In this document: piece by piece, positions 44,774-55,780 of the stretch
Position numbering within the stretch: the first letter of the stretch is position 1
How the letters are laid out: each line of letters starts with the position of its first letter
DNA from: Schizosaccharomyces osmophilus
Lineage: Eukaryota
Assembly (NCBI RefSeq): GCF_027921745.1
Contig: NC_079238.1
Location: 2,604,001 to 2,668,000 of the forward strand
Length of the DNA stretch: 64,000 nucleotides
Reading direction: 5' to 3'
Notes under the pieces: generated by a model
What the model was told of the DNA's origin: nothing
Seen by the model: the letters and a program-made list of their open reading frames with translations, nothing else
Databases searched by the model: none
Made by a program: the position numbers and the translations under genes

Positions 44774-45625
44774 TCAACCAAAACCCGACCACTCAATTGA
44801 AAATTGGCGATATGTTGCATCTAAATTGTTCTCATCAGAAGTCGTTGAGTTGTGCGTTTCCTGTTCCCCTCCGATGAGCCAGGCCTTTTTGACACCGGTC
44901 CCTAGACGACCACCTCCTATAAGTAGCAAAAGTGGGATTTCGTCGTCCCAATTATACCCGTTTACCAAATAATGTGAATGAAATCGCAGAGCATCACCCG
45001 GATATGCAACAAAATCACAACCAAACCGAAGACCAGGATTAAGGAAAAAGCCATTCATCACTAGTGACTCGAATATCAAATACCGCCTTCTTTCAATTTC
45101 TGGTAAGCTTAATGAAGATGTTTCCAAATGATCTCTTTTTAACCCCTTTGTACTTGTATCAATTGGTACCATCGTTAAATTCACAGGTTGGGTACCGTCG
45201 TAGTCCAAGGTATCTAAGGGAATTTCCTTATTTATTTTTTTCATAATTTCTATTTTCTTGTCGTTTTCTTTAGTACGCGCCGTCAACATTTGTTCAACGG
45301 CCATCTTCTGACGCCTCTCTGCAAGGGCTTTTCTGTCGTTATCAACTAAATTACTGAAATAATCTTTATGAACTTTTTCATCATCAATAACAAAAGCTGC
45401 TCCATTTTTAACTAAGTAATACACTTCCTCTTTCGTCAATTGGAGAGGAAGACCCAAAAAGATATTCTGTTGAGGGAGTTGAGGAAGCGTTCCAGAGAGA
45501 ATGCCAAGAATATGGTACTTTTCGCGAAAATACTGAATTGCTTCTATATCAAAAAGAAGATACTTTCCTTGAATATACGAAATTGGATACTTCGTGTCGT
45601 TCATGTTTAGGGATAACTTGCCCAT
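44774..45625 (-). CDS. sen34: tRNA-splicing endonuclease catalytic subunit Sen34, 283 aa
   Basis: GTLPQLPQQNIFLGLPL; GLRFGCDFVAYPGDALRFHSH; GRLGTGVKK; ends SIEWSGFG. First ATG at 45625. Confidence 0.93.
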   Translation of the reverse strand: MGKLSLNMNDTKYPISYIQGKYLLFDIEAIQYFREKYHILGILSGTLPQLPQQNIFLGLPLQLTKEEVYYLVKNGAAFVIDDEKVHKDYFSNLVDNDRKALAERRQKMAVEQMLTARTKENDKKIEIMKKINKEIPLDTLDYDGTQPVNLTMVPIDTSTKGLKRDHLETSSLSLPEIERRRYLIFESLVMNGFFLNPGLRFGCDFVAYPGDALRFHSHYLVNGYNWDDEIPLLLLIGGGRLGTGVKKAWLIGGEQETHNSTTSDENNLDATYRQFSIEWSGFG

Positions 45626-45865
45626 AATGAGCGTAGTACTAATATGGGTTAACAACTTTTGGTGTTTCAGATAAATAGCTGTAATATATCGTATTTAATG
45701 TTTTTATTCAGTTGGCATCTAACTACAATTGTAGGTTTAATTATGATCTCTTCATGAAAAGATAGAAAACTCGGATAAGTAAACGGTTAACTTGTTATCT
45801 TCTAGCCTACTATATCTAAGTAATTATAAACAAAAAAAGAAATTTTGACCCAAAACCCCGAAACT

Positions 45866-47908
45866 CTATTGCTGAGAAATTTTAAAACAGTGAACGTTTT
45901 CATTGATGAAAGATCCAAAAGAAAAACATATACAACCACCCCCAAAAACAAACAGGAGATCACCAAAACGGCAGCATTGACAAGCAACTAAAGCCGGCCT
46001 TGATTCGTGTTCTTCTAGGCAGACGTTTTCAATATCTCGATCGATCATATTAATGACAAATGCTTCCTCTTCCCATTTCATTGTTTTATACAGGCCTGCC
46101 CCGCCAATAATCATTGGCTTAGTATTATTTTCGTCGAAAACTACAAGGTTGCTATTGACTCGTGCAAGTAAAATCTTTAAATCCTCACTCAAATTCCATG
46201 GTGAGAAGTATAGTTTGAAACGATCATTTTGCCTTTCAAGCTTCCATTCCCAAACATCCCCAATAGGTGAATTTTTATGATCCATGCCACCCACTAGGAA
46301 TCCAAATTGTAGCTGTGAAGAATAATGGATGCTAGAACCCCAGCTTTGACTTAAAGAGGGTTCTGTACAAAGAACTGGAGACCATTCCTTCGTATGCTCC
46401 GACCAAATAAGCCAACCACCATGTGGCTTGCCGGCCTGAAGCAGAATATAAGTTTTATTTTCATAATGTACTGTTGTAGTTGAAACACGAAATGCTGGAT
46501 AGGGTAAAGATACTCCTTGTTTCCATGCTCCATTTGAGTATAGGTAACAAGAATCAAGAGCTTTAACTGGCGATTCTCGTCCTCCTATGAGCATATAATC
46601 TCCATTATTCACCGGTGTTATTGCATGGCTCACACGAGGGCGTAGTTCAGCACTGGAGATATCTTTAACATTTTGCTTCTCCGTAATTAGAAAGGCAGAA
46701 TCAGAACGACCAGACGGTGAAAGACCTCCTTGCAATAATATTCCATTTTCAGAAACACCAACGCCAGCAGACCGACAACTGGGAAGAGCTTCCTTAATTC
46801 CGGCCGCAACCGTAGTGAGTTCCATGCGCTTATTTGATAGCGATGTTTTACACTGAACCGGTGAGATTTCGTGTCCATTGACTTGATAACGATAATATTG
46901 CATATAAGGATTTGGATTTTCAACCATATTGTAAATTTGGTCCAAAGTGCTGCTGGCATGTTGAATACTGTAATGTTGAAGGAAGAAGTAAAATTCTTCC
47001 CATTCATCAAAAGGTTCGGTTTGTTCACATTCTATTCGATATTTTTCGCTCAATAAGAAATTCCAGAAAGTGCAGACATCAAACACTTCTACATGTTCCC
47101 AGCCCAGATTTGCCCATCTGCACTTTAAAGCTTCTAAACTATGATATGCGGCAAGGCCATGTAGTGGGGAACCCCATTCTTTAAAGTGTTTAACCATAAC
47201 CTTGGCAAATGGATGGCTAAATCCAGCAGGAGCGATCTGCTCTAAAAAGCAAGAATGAGCATCTGGAAATTGAGACATCCATTTTAGTAGTGAATCCGAC
47301 GCATTGACAGGCATATAAACCGCGGCAACTTCGGAAACGAAAAGAATTGAGGTGGTTTTGTAGTCGAGGCCACATTCATCTAGCTTCTTTTGAAGAAAAT
47401 CCAATTCTTTCAAGTTACAACCGACCGTGTGATAGCTTTTGGTATGAATCTCGTTGTGTTCTTCTATATCAGAATCATTTTTATAGATTATTCCACGGAG
47501 GAAATCATCAGACATGATCATGTTCACTCTATTTTCAATGGACTCTGGATAATCTACATCGTAAAACACGATGTCTTCAGTGCTTTGATCACTGTATGAA
47601 TTCAAAAGCTGCAGAGCCAATGGATCGTATCCGGCTCCCAGATTCACAATAGCTTTTGGTTTTCCACACTTCTTTTCTACGAATTTCTCAATAGCAAACC
47701 TTATCGCTATACAACGAGTCCAATAACCTCTGTTTACGCTTGGCGATCTCCTAGGAGTTTTACTAATAAACGGCCTGTAGTAACTGTGGTTTTTATCGAA
47801 TCCTGGGTAGCCGCATTTTTCAACTGACGCTTTGGAAAGAATGGAACTGTCGTTGGTTTTCCGTACCTCTTTGTCTTTCGACCGAAACGTATATTCTTTT
47901 GTAACCAT
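45866..47908 (-). CDS. ppm2: tRNA wybutosine methyltransferase Ppm2/Tyw4 (LCM domain plus kelch repeats), 680 aa
   Basis: RRSPSVNRGYWTR, IVNLGAGYD, EPFDEWEEF, kelch repeats, C-terminal GGGCICFSFGS. Confidence 0.92.
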   Translation of the reverse strand: MVTKEYTFRSKDKEVRKTNDSSILSKASVEKCGYPGFDKNHSYYRPFISKTPRRSPSVNRGYWTRCIAIRFAIEKFVEKKCGKPKAIVNLGAGYDPLALQLLNSYSDQSTEDIVFYDVDYPESIENRVNMIMSDDFLRGIIYKNDSDIEEHNEIHTKSYHTVGCNLKELDFLQKKLDECGLDYKTTSILFVSEVAAVYMPVNASDSLLKWMSQFPDAHSCFLEQIAPAGFSHPFAKVMVKHFKEWGSPLHGLAAYHSLEALKCRWANLGWEHVEVFDVCTFWNFLLSEKYRIECEQTEPFDEWEEFYFFLQHYSIQHASSTLDQIYNMVENPNPYMQYYRYQVNGHEISPVQCKTSLSNKRMELTTVAAGIKEALPSCRSAGVGVSENGILLQGGLSPSGRSDSAFLITEKQNVKDISSAELRPRVSHAITPVNNGDYMLIGGRESPVKALDSCYLYSNGAWKQGVSLPYPAFRVSTTTVHYENKTYILLQAGKPHGGWLIWSEHTKEWSPVLCTEPSLSQSWGSSIHYSSQLQFGFLVGGMDHKNSPIGDVWEWKLERQNDRFKLYFSPWNLSEDLKILLARVNSNLVVFDENNTKPMIIGGAGLYKTMKWEEEAFVINMIDRDIENVCLEEHESRPALVACQCCRFGDLLFVFGGGCICFSFGSFINENVHCFKISQQ

Positions 47909-48249
47909 CTTTGAAAATATGCCCTCTCGTTATTAATGCTAATTATGAACGAAATTTTACCGGGAAACGTAAGACAAGAGAGAACGAAATAAAGATGCAA
48001 TATGCTAGGAGTAGCTAGCTGGTTTCTTGCTCGAAAATGAGTTTAGGGAAAGGGAATTAATAAAAAGATTTACAACGGGCTTCTATCGCTTGTTTCTGAA
48101 TTCTGTCTTATATTCATTACTGAAAAATCGACATAAAATAAGCTTAATAAAACGTTTATAATGCCTTTCAAAAAGCTTTGTTAACCTCTTTCTAGGATTC
48201 CATGAGAATACTAGAAAAGCAACCTGGAAAAAATACTGAGTCAGAATGA

Positions 48250-48297
48250 GTTTACTAATGCACGTATTCGTATTCTAATGAAAGTGCATTAGTAAAC
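48250..48297. repeat. Perfect 14-bp inverted repeat with 20-nt spacer
   Basis: GTTTACTAATGCAC (48250-48263) and GTGCATTAGTAAAC (48284-48297). Confidence 0.9.
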
Positions 48298-48623
48298 ACA
48301 ACATTGGTTCAATATGAAAATTAGAGTTGGCCGATTTACAATACCGATCAAGATATTCTGAATATTGTATATTTAGTAATTAAATCCTTTTTTTTTTCTA
48401 TTTAGAAAAAGTTGATCACTGCAACCATGAAAACATCGTTGGATTTGGCTAGAGTATATGTTATATTTATTCAACTCCCTTCCTAATGCTACAAATCAGA
48501 ATTCACGTATTTATTAATCTGGACATATACATCTAAAAAATTTAATGAAACACGAAGGAGATGAAGTATCGTTGCTACGTATGCTGATATAACACAAGGG
48601 GAAAGTGCTTCTTTTGACCGCTT

Positions 48624-50339
48624 TTATGTATCTGATTCGTCTTTCATTTGCAGTTCCTTATCATCTTTAGCTTCCTCCTTGTTATTTTCCGCTTTCTTTT
48701 TCCTCTGTTTGCGAGCTATAAGTCGTCGTTCTGCGCCAGGAGGATAATAACCTTCGTTAAGTACATCAAAATCCGGCCCTTCAATTTCCTTTGGGCATGA
48801 AGGATTGTCTAAATTGTAAACCTTAGACAATTCAAATATTGCTTGCTCTTTTTCCTTGGCCTCTATCATTAAATCCATATCTGGCTCACACGGAGGTAAG
48901 CTGTACACACGATCAGAGTGACCCCTACGCTTCATGGCAGAAATAGCCAGAGGAGAGACTGATTCAGAGTAGTGTTGTTTTTGAGTAATCCCCTTCCTAG
49001 TCCAAGTTTCCCGGATCGCTGGTAAGAGAGGCATTAAATCCAAAGATCCCTCTCGTAAAGTCCCTGGAACAACGTTGTGATGATGCCAATCTAAAACCAT
49101 AGGAATATTCAATTCTTGGCAAAGAGGAAGTAGGTCCTGGACGGACCAAGTGACGTCGTCATTTTCCAAAACTAAACGCCTTTTGACGGCTTCAGAAAGG
49201 CGTGCATAGTTTTCACGAAATCGCGCAAGTGTCTCCTCTTTTCCTTCAAATGAACCTCCTAGGTGTAATATAATGACTGCATCGCGATTTAGCTGTTCAT
49301 TCAGCTTCATTCTGGACAAGAGCTCTTCGTGATAGCAAAGATCTCGAATAGCATTTTCAATAACGGACACCTTTGGCGAAGCTATTTGAGTATATTGTCC
49401 TGGATGCGTCGATAAGCGATGATTATATTTATTTGCAAGCTCTCCTGCAGCTTGTAAATAAGAATCTGCATATTCCAATGAGTACCCATAGGTACCATGG
49501 CTCGCAAATGGAAAAAGATCAGAACTTACCCGCATAAAGTGAATACCAAATCTGTTATTCCACTCTATAAGAGCAGCTAAGTCTTGTGTGTTTTTGACGC
49601 CCAAATCCTTGGCAAATTGCAGAGATTCTTTTTGTATTGTAGCGATTCGACAAGTTCGCGAGCAAAACGCGTTTTCTTTGGAAAGCCTCAACACCGTGTT
49701 CTGACATGCGTAACCAAGTCGCCCTTTCCAAGGTAGTGGTTTCTCCGGACAATCAAAGATGGGTCGAGGAACCTCAGGTTCTTCAAAGGATTCTTCAGGC
49801 GAATCAATTTTGGATCGTTTCCTTCTTGATGGAGTGCTTCTTTTTTGTTTGGAATTACTTTTCGAAAGCAGAGTTTTATCGTCATCCAGGTCAGACGCAG
49901 ACGAGTCCGTTCCATTTACCACAGAAGCTTCGGAGTCTTCACTGATATAAGCCTTTACCTCGCTTTTTGAGAGAGGAAGATTCTCGTCTTCTGGGTCGGT
50001 ATCCGATTCTGTCCGATAGTCAACTGGTTTTTTTCCTCTTCTTGACCGCCTTAATCCAGGCATAGCCGATTCGACTAATGGAGAAGTCTCTGAATCTGGC
50101 AAAGAAGACGTGCGATTTTCGGAGGAGTCATTAATTGATACTTGGTAACGTTGCCTGCTAGTTTCGAGTTCTAGGGCTACACTCTGAATATGAGCATTGG
50201 GTAAAGAAGTATCGGTTGATTCATAGCTCTGACCTTTTGTTCTTTTCGTAGTTTGTCTGCGAGGCATAATTCTTTTATAATATATGAAATTCCAAACAAG
50301 GGACCGGTATGAATGGAATTCGTGCAGCCGACGAAGCAT
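48624..50339 (-). CDS. uve1: UV damage endonuclease Uve1 (UVDE), 571 aa
   Basis: WKGRLGYAC, FMRVSSDLFPFASH, HPGQYTQ, LVLENDD, VLDWHHH, QKQHYSE, DLMIEAKEKEQA. Confidence 0.96.
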   Translation of the reverse strand: MLRRLHEFHSYRSLVWNFIYYKRIMPRRQTTKRTKGQSYESTDTSLPNAHIQSVALELETSRQRYQVSINDSSENRTSSLPDSETSPLVESAMPGLRRSRRGKKPVDYRTESDTDPEDENLPLSKSEVKAYISEDSEASVVNGTDSSASDLDDDKTLLSKSNSKQKRSTPSRRKRSKIDSPEESFEEPEVPRPIFDCPEKPLPWKGRLGYACQNTVLRLSKENAFCSRTCRIATIQKESLQFAKDLGVKNTQDLAALIEWNNRFGIHFMRVSSDLFPFASHGTYGYSLEYADSYLQAAGELANKYNHRLSTHPGQYTQIASPKVSVIENAIRDLCYHEELLSRMKLNEQLNRDAVIILHLGGSFEGKEETLARFRENYARLSEAVKRRLVLENDDVTWSVQDLLPLCQELNIPMVLDWHHHNVVPGTLREGSLDLMPLLPAIRETWTRKGITQKQHYSESVSPLAISAMKRRGHSDRVYSLPPCEPDMDLMIEAKEKEQAIFELSKVYNLDNPSCPKEIEGPDFDVLNEGYYPPGAERRLIARKQRKKKAENNKEEAKDDKELQMKDESDT

Positions 50340-50711
50340 GCGACCAAAAAAAGTTTACCTGTTCAATGGCAATCCTGTAAAATACTTATACTCGCCTTAT
50401 AAAAAGGCTATGAAATTAATCATTCAAGCAGACATTAGAACAGCAACTTCTATTTACATGAATAATAATCCAATTATATCTACATCACTCTTACGTGCAA
50501 CACTTACTTTTCTTGAAGCCATATGGCTCTATGTATTTCCTAGGTATAGTCGTAGACGCTTTGCTTTTGTTTTTAGAAAGGTGTTGGTATTGACGTAGGG
50601 AATTCATCATTACTTTAATTAAGTTATTTCAAGCGAAAAAATAAATGTAATTATTCGCGTATCTGCGGCAAAATGCGACAGATTATTGTTATTATATTTT
50701 TACAGCATAGT

Positions 50712-50722
50712 TGTTTGTTTAC
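50712..50722. promoter_or_regulatory. FLEX forkhead element in the uve1/bqt4 divergent promoter
   Basis: TGTTTGTTTAC, the reverse complement of GTAAACAAACA. Confidence 0.4.
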
Positions 50723-51186
50723 TTCTGTAACACACTTTGTAAAGGGTTTCAAAGTTTTAAAACAAAGTAATCATGCACCTCAAAAGATACGGTCTTTAAA
50801 AAAATAAAAGTATAACATATCATGTTCGCATTTTTGGAAGGATAATTTGTTAGAATCAAGTATAATACGAATCAGTTCTAAACATCATGTAGCTTTAATC
50901 CGTACAAGACCTCTCTACTAAGAGTATGTATTTAAACAACTTCAATAGGTTTTTTTTCAAGATTCATTGAATGCAGTTTTTAATCATAAATAATAAACAC
51001 AACCATCAAAATATCTATATTTCCTTACTCATTTATCCTCATTACATTTCCTTATTGGGTTTTGTGTGTCGCAACATTTTGCAGCACAGCTTTTACGTCG
51101 TCTCAACCCATATAACGACTACATTGAGTAAAGTATTTTAGTGTGAGCAATTTACAACTTGATATTTTTTATTGCTTAATATCGAA

Positions 51187-52665
51187 ATGGAAAACACAAA
51201 GGAAGGAAGAGTACTTCCTGCTGAAAGGTACTTGTAGATCCTCCAAAATTGACAATGTCTAACAACTAGAAATCCTCTTTATGACGACGATACAGTCGAT
51301 TGTATGTTCAGCTGTAGCGTTTATGAGCTAACTCGTAGATTCCTCTTTAATCAGCAAATGTCGCTCTCAAGTGATCGAATTCCCGGACGGACCGGCTACC
51401 TTTGTTCGTCTCAAGTGCAACAATCCTGATTCCAAACAGTAAGTATACGTTGATAGATGAAGATAAACATTTACTAATTCTCTAGACCACATTTTTTAAT
51501 GCGCATGGCCAAAAACTCCAATATTAGTGCAACCTCTATGTAAGTTTGTACTTTGATATAGTCCCTAGTATTAATATTAACGTTTCATTTCTTGCAGGTT
51601 TCGTTCGGCTTTCCCAAAAGCTAAACAAGAGGAAGAAGATTTTGAAATGGAGTGGATCCGTGCAAACTTGAATCCTGTCGAGGAAAAGCAGGTTTCTGGT
51701 TTGTGGATTTCCCCAAAGGACTCATTAATTTTAGCCAAGGACTACGGTATGACTCCATTTATCAAGGCATTATTAGAGGCTTCCACAACCCCTTCGACTT
51801 ATGCAACTCCCGCTCGCTCTCATCCAACTGAACTTCATCAGCCAGCAGGTGCTAGTCCTTCAACTTTAGACAAGTCCTTCAAGACAAAATACTCGCAAAC
51901 TTCATCTAAGTCTTCCGAATCTCCCACAAAATCTCTCTTTTCTGGCAGTGGAAAGTCTGAAAAAGATAGTAAGGAGATTCAGACTAAAGGAGACGATACC
52001 AAGAAACCCACTCCTCCTACAGCTAGCTCTCCAGCTTCTTCTTCTTCTTTAGCTGCTCCTGCTCCTAATGAAGAAGAACAAAAGAAAGAAGTGAAAGAAC
52101 AAGAAAAGAATGCTGGGAAGCAAGACGAAACGAACATTTCAGAGAAGCCCTTGGATGAAGAGCCGAAGATGAAAAGAAAATCAAAGGATGAGCAGCTAGA
52201 CGCAAAGGTAGAAGAAGACGACGAAGAAAAGAAGTCCTTTTCCGACATTTCGAGGAAAGTTCGGACTCCGGTGAGACCTTCTGAACTTTTAGGCAAATTT
52301 CGGTCAAACGTGAACCGTCGCGTTTCAGATGTAACACAACAGGTGAAAAAACCTTTAGAAGCTTTCGAAAAGAAAGCTATGACTTCTATCCATCTTCCTC
52401 ATCCTTCTTTTCCTGGCTCAAAAAAGAGAAGTCGCGATGAATATGAAGAAACCCAACCACAAGAGAGCAATGAAGCTGCTATGGTACCTGTTAAGAAATC
52501 CAGAATCTCCAAGTTGGAAACAGAGATTCATTACGAAAAGAGAAAAGTTCGTGCTCTGACGGGTATTGTTGTTGGTTTGGGTGCTGGGTATGTAAAACAT
52601 TTATCTATCACATTTTCTCATCACTAATATGTTTGTATAGGGCTATTTTGCCATTTCTTTTCTAA
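51187..52665 (+). CDS. bqt4: Inner nuclear membrane telomere anchor Bqt4 (APSES-like N-terminal domain, C-terminal membrane anchor), about 413 aa, 6 exons
   Basis: Exons 51187-51227, 51270-51301, 51339-51438, 51486-51539, 51598-52587, 52641-52665 give LPAERNPLY...QVIEFPDGPATFVRLKC...PHFLMRMAKNSNISATSMFRSAFP...GLGAGAILPFLF*. Confidence 0.93.
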
Positions 52666-53196
52666 TTTTTACGTGTACAAAAAGAAAATTGGAAGAAAGA
52701 ACTTGTAAATTTCAGTTAGTTGGTGCGGTCCCTATCTGTTAAGTTTTATTATACCAGGAAGCAAAGTTTCTGCACGCCTTTAAGATGAAGGGATTCGAGA
52801 TTTATTTTTAAAGTGTTAATGCAAAATGGGGATTTCCCTTTAATGGTTACTCAATCTTTACTGTAAGTTTTAGTTATTCAGGAATAAGAAAGCTGTGCTT
52901 TTTTTTTACAAAGTCAATTGATTAATTTATTCAAAAAAGTTTCAGCATTTGTATTGATCAAATTAGTTATAATTTTGCCGTTAGTTGAGTAGTCTAACCG
53001 TAACTCTCAAGTTGCTGAACCGTGACAACTCCCAAATCCATACTTCTCCAATCATTGTTTTGATTATGTTGAGACACCATTGCAACTTGTTCGCATACTA
53101 ATAATATACAACCATTTTCTCATTGTAAAAACTTTTGGTTTTACTAGCTTTTATGCATAGGGTTGTTATTATTTTCACATTGCAGTCGAAAAGGTA

Positions 53197-55590
53197 ATGC
53201 AATCTCTGGAACGACGGGAATCCACAGAATCGTTACTTTCGGGCGAATCGGATTTTATAATAGAGCATGAACCTGATAGACATTTGTTATTATCCAAATG
53301 GGGTCAGAGTTTTGACAATTTCAAAACCGATGGTAAGTAATTAGCGAGTATTTATGTTGACTTTTACTAACCATGTTCCCTTAGATCGAGTCCAAGAAAC
53401 TATTCAGGCATTCAACAAACAAGAAAGTATAGACAAAAATAACTGGTCTGCTTTATGGAGGCTCTGGAATGCAGGTCATTCTTGGTTTATTGTTTGTATC
53501 ATAGGGGTTAGCATTGGGGCTTCAGCTTATATGCTAAATGTGATTACTTCATTCCTTTCTGATGTTAGGAGAGGTTACTGCTTGTCTAGGTGGCTCTTTA
53601 ATGAAAAGTTTTGCTGCATGTACAGCGAAGAAGCAGGTTAGCACATTGCATTCCCATCGTTTACTAATGCTATTTAGGTACGACTTGTACTACTTGGATT
53701 CAATGGAGCGATTCTTTTATTTTGAATTATTTAGTTTATACTTTTCTTGCTTTGGTTTTTATTATGGTATCAGCAATTGTTGTCAGAGATCTCTCTCCGC
53801 TTGCTGCAGGCAGTGGAATTTCGGAGATTAAGTCAATAATCAATGGTTTTTCTAGAGACGAATTTGTTTCTTTTCGTGTTTTGTTAGTTAAATGTGTTTG
53901 CTTACCGCTTACCATTGCAAGTGGTCTTTCTGTCGGCAAAGAAGGACCGAGCGTGCATTTGGCAACAGCCATGGGGCATTTTATAGCTTCTATTTTTAGG
54001 CGATTGAAATTACATTCAGTTAATTTTCGAGACATATACGTTTCCTCTGCTGCCGCCGGTGTAGCTGTTGCTTTTGGATCCCCCATTGGAGGTGTATTGT
54101 TTGGCATTGAGGAAATGGCTTCTGGATACACTTCCAAGATGATTTGGTATACATTTTCTTGCTGCCTTTTTGCCGTTGCAACCTTACATCTACTTAATCC
54201 ATTTCGGACGGGCCAACTAGTTCTCTTCGAAGTCCGCTATTCTGGTTCTTGGCATTTCTTTGAATTGCTGTACTTTTCGATTCTTGGCATTTTTGGAGGG
54301 CTCTATGGCGAGTTTGTCATGAGGCTTTTCATTAAAGTTCAGAAGTTGAGGAAAGCTTACGTTGATAAGTGGCCAGTGATAGATGCCTCTGTCATTGTAG
54401 TAGTCACTGCATTAGTTAGTTACTTTAATACTTGGTTGAAATTGGATATGACCTTAAGTATGGAACTTTTATTTCAAGATTGCAAGGCTATGAGTACTCC
54501 TGAATTAAATGACCTTTGTAGTCCCACTAATGAAGGGAAAAACTCATTGTTATTGTTAGCTTCAACCTTATTAAGGATGGTTTTTGTTGCGTTTTCATAT
54601 GGCGTTAAAGTGCCTGCCGGCATTTTCGTTCCTTCCATGGCTGTCGGAGCTACGTTTGGACGAATAGTTGGATTATTTGCCGACATACTCTATAGAAAAT
54701 TCCCAAACTTTTATCTATTTTCTGCGTGCCACGGATCAGGATCATGTATAACGCCGGGAACGTATGCTCTTTTAGGAGCTGCCGCAAGTTTAAGTGGTAT
54801 GATGCATTTGACTATGACCGTCGTAGTCATTATGTTTGAATTGACCGGAGCTCTGAATTTTATCCTTCCCACTGTACTCGTGGTTGCTATAGCTAATGCG
54901 GTGGGCGCTGTATTTGGTCGCGACGGCATAGCTGATAGAAGCATCAAGCTCAATGGAATTCCATTTCAGGAACCAGAGAATATTTATTCTGAAGACGAAG
55001 ATATTGTATTTCCGGTGACAACTATTATGTCAAAGAATATAATAGCCATACCATCACATGGGGTTACATGGAGGTGGTTGTTTAGAACTATGAAAGAATA
55101 CTCGTTCAGCGGATATCCTGTAATCAATAGCCCAAAACAATTTGAACTTATTGGTTACATAAAGAGGAGCTCAATCATGTTAGCATTCGAGGAATTGAAA
55201 AGCAACCCAACCTTTACCTTTGACCAAGGGATTTATTTTAAAGGTTCAGCAACGATGGACGATATGAATGAGCATTCTTCCGGTTCACACTCTAATGGTT
55301 TTGATTTATCATCCTACATGAATTTACAGCCAATAAGTGTTTTATACAATCAGTCGTTATCCAAAGTAAGTACCATCTTTCAGGCTCTTTGTCCAAAAGT
55401 TGTACATGTTGAGAAGGATGGTGTTCTTATAGGACTGATAACGCGGAAAGATTTGCTACTAACAAAACACTACCTAAAAACTCTCAATCAGCCAACTTCA
55501 GCAAATCCAAGGGTCGAAAACGTTCCGCTACATGAAATGGAAAATAGTGAACATGACAAAGATATAGAGCTACAGGTTTTGAGGTCATAG
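53197..55590 (+). CDS. ClC chloride/proton exchanger (budding-yeast Gef1 type; SPBC19C7.11 orthologue), about 766 aa, 3 exons
   Basis: Exons 53197-53332, 53385-53636, 53678-55590. Motifs [25 protein letters not shown] and two C-terminal CBS domains. Confidence 0.92.
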
Positions 55591-55780
55591 AATTAAGTGT
55601 GAATTTTATTAGAAAAAAACTTTGCTCAGTAGTCCGTGAAAAGAAAAAAAGAGTACATAAAGCAAATACTTTAACGTTGCAGAAGAATGATATGCAATAT
55701 AGGCGGGTAAGAAAGTTTCAAGAAAATGAGATTAAGAACAAAAATAACAAATAAAAACCCCTAATTCATGATTGGTACAA

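Noticed and set aside
54919..54960. ClC lacks the central Tyr (GIADR instead of GIY) and has GSGISE instead of GSGIPE
   Set aside because: As I recall, these variants are typical of fungal Gef1-type ClCs, and the gating and proton glutamates are intact; not novel.
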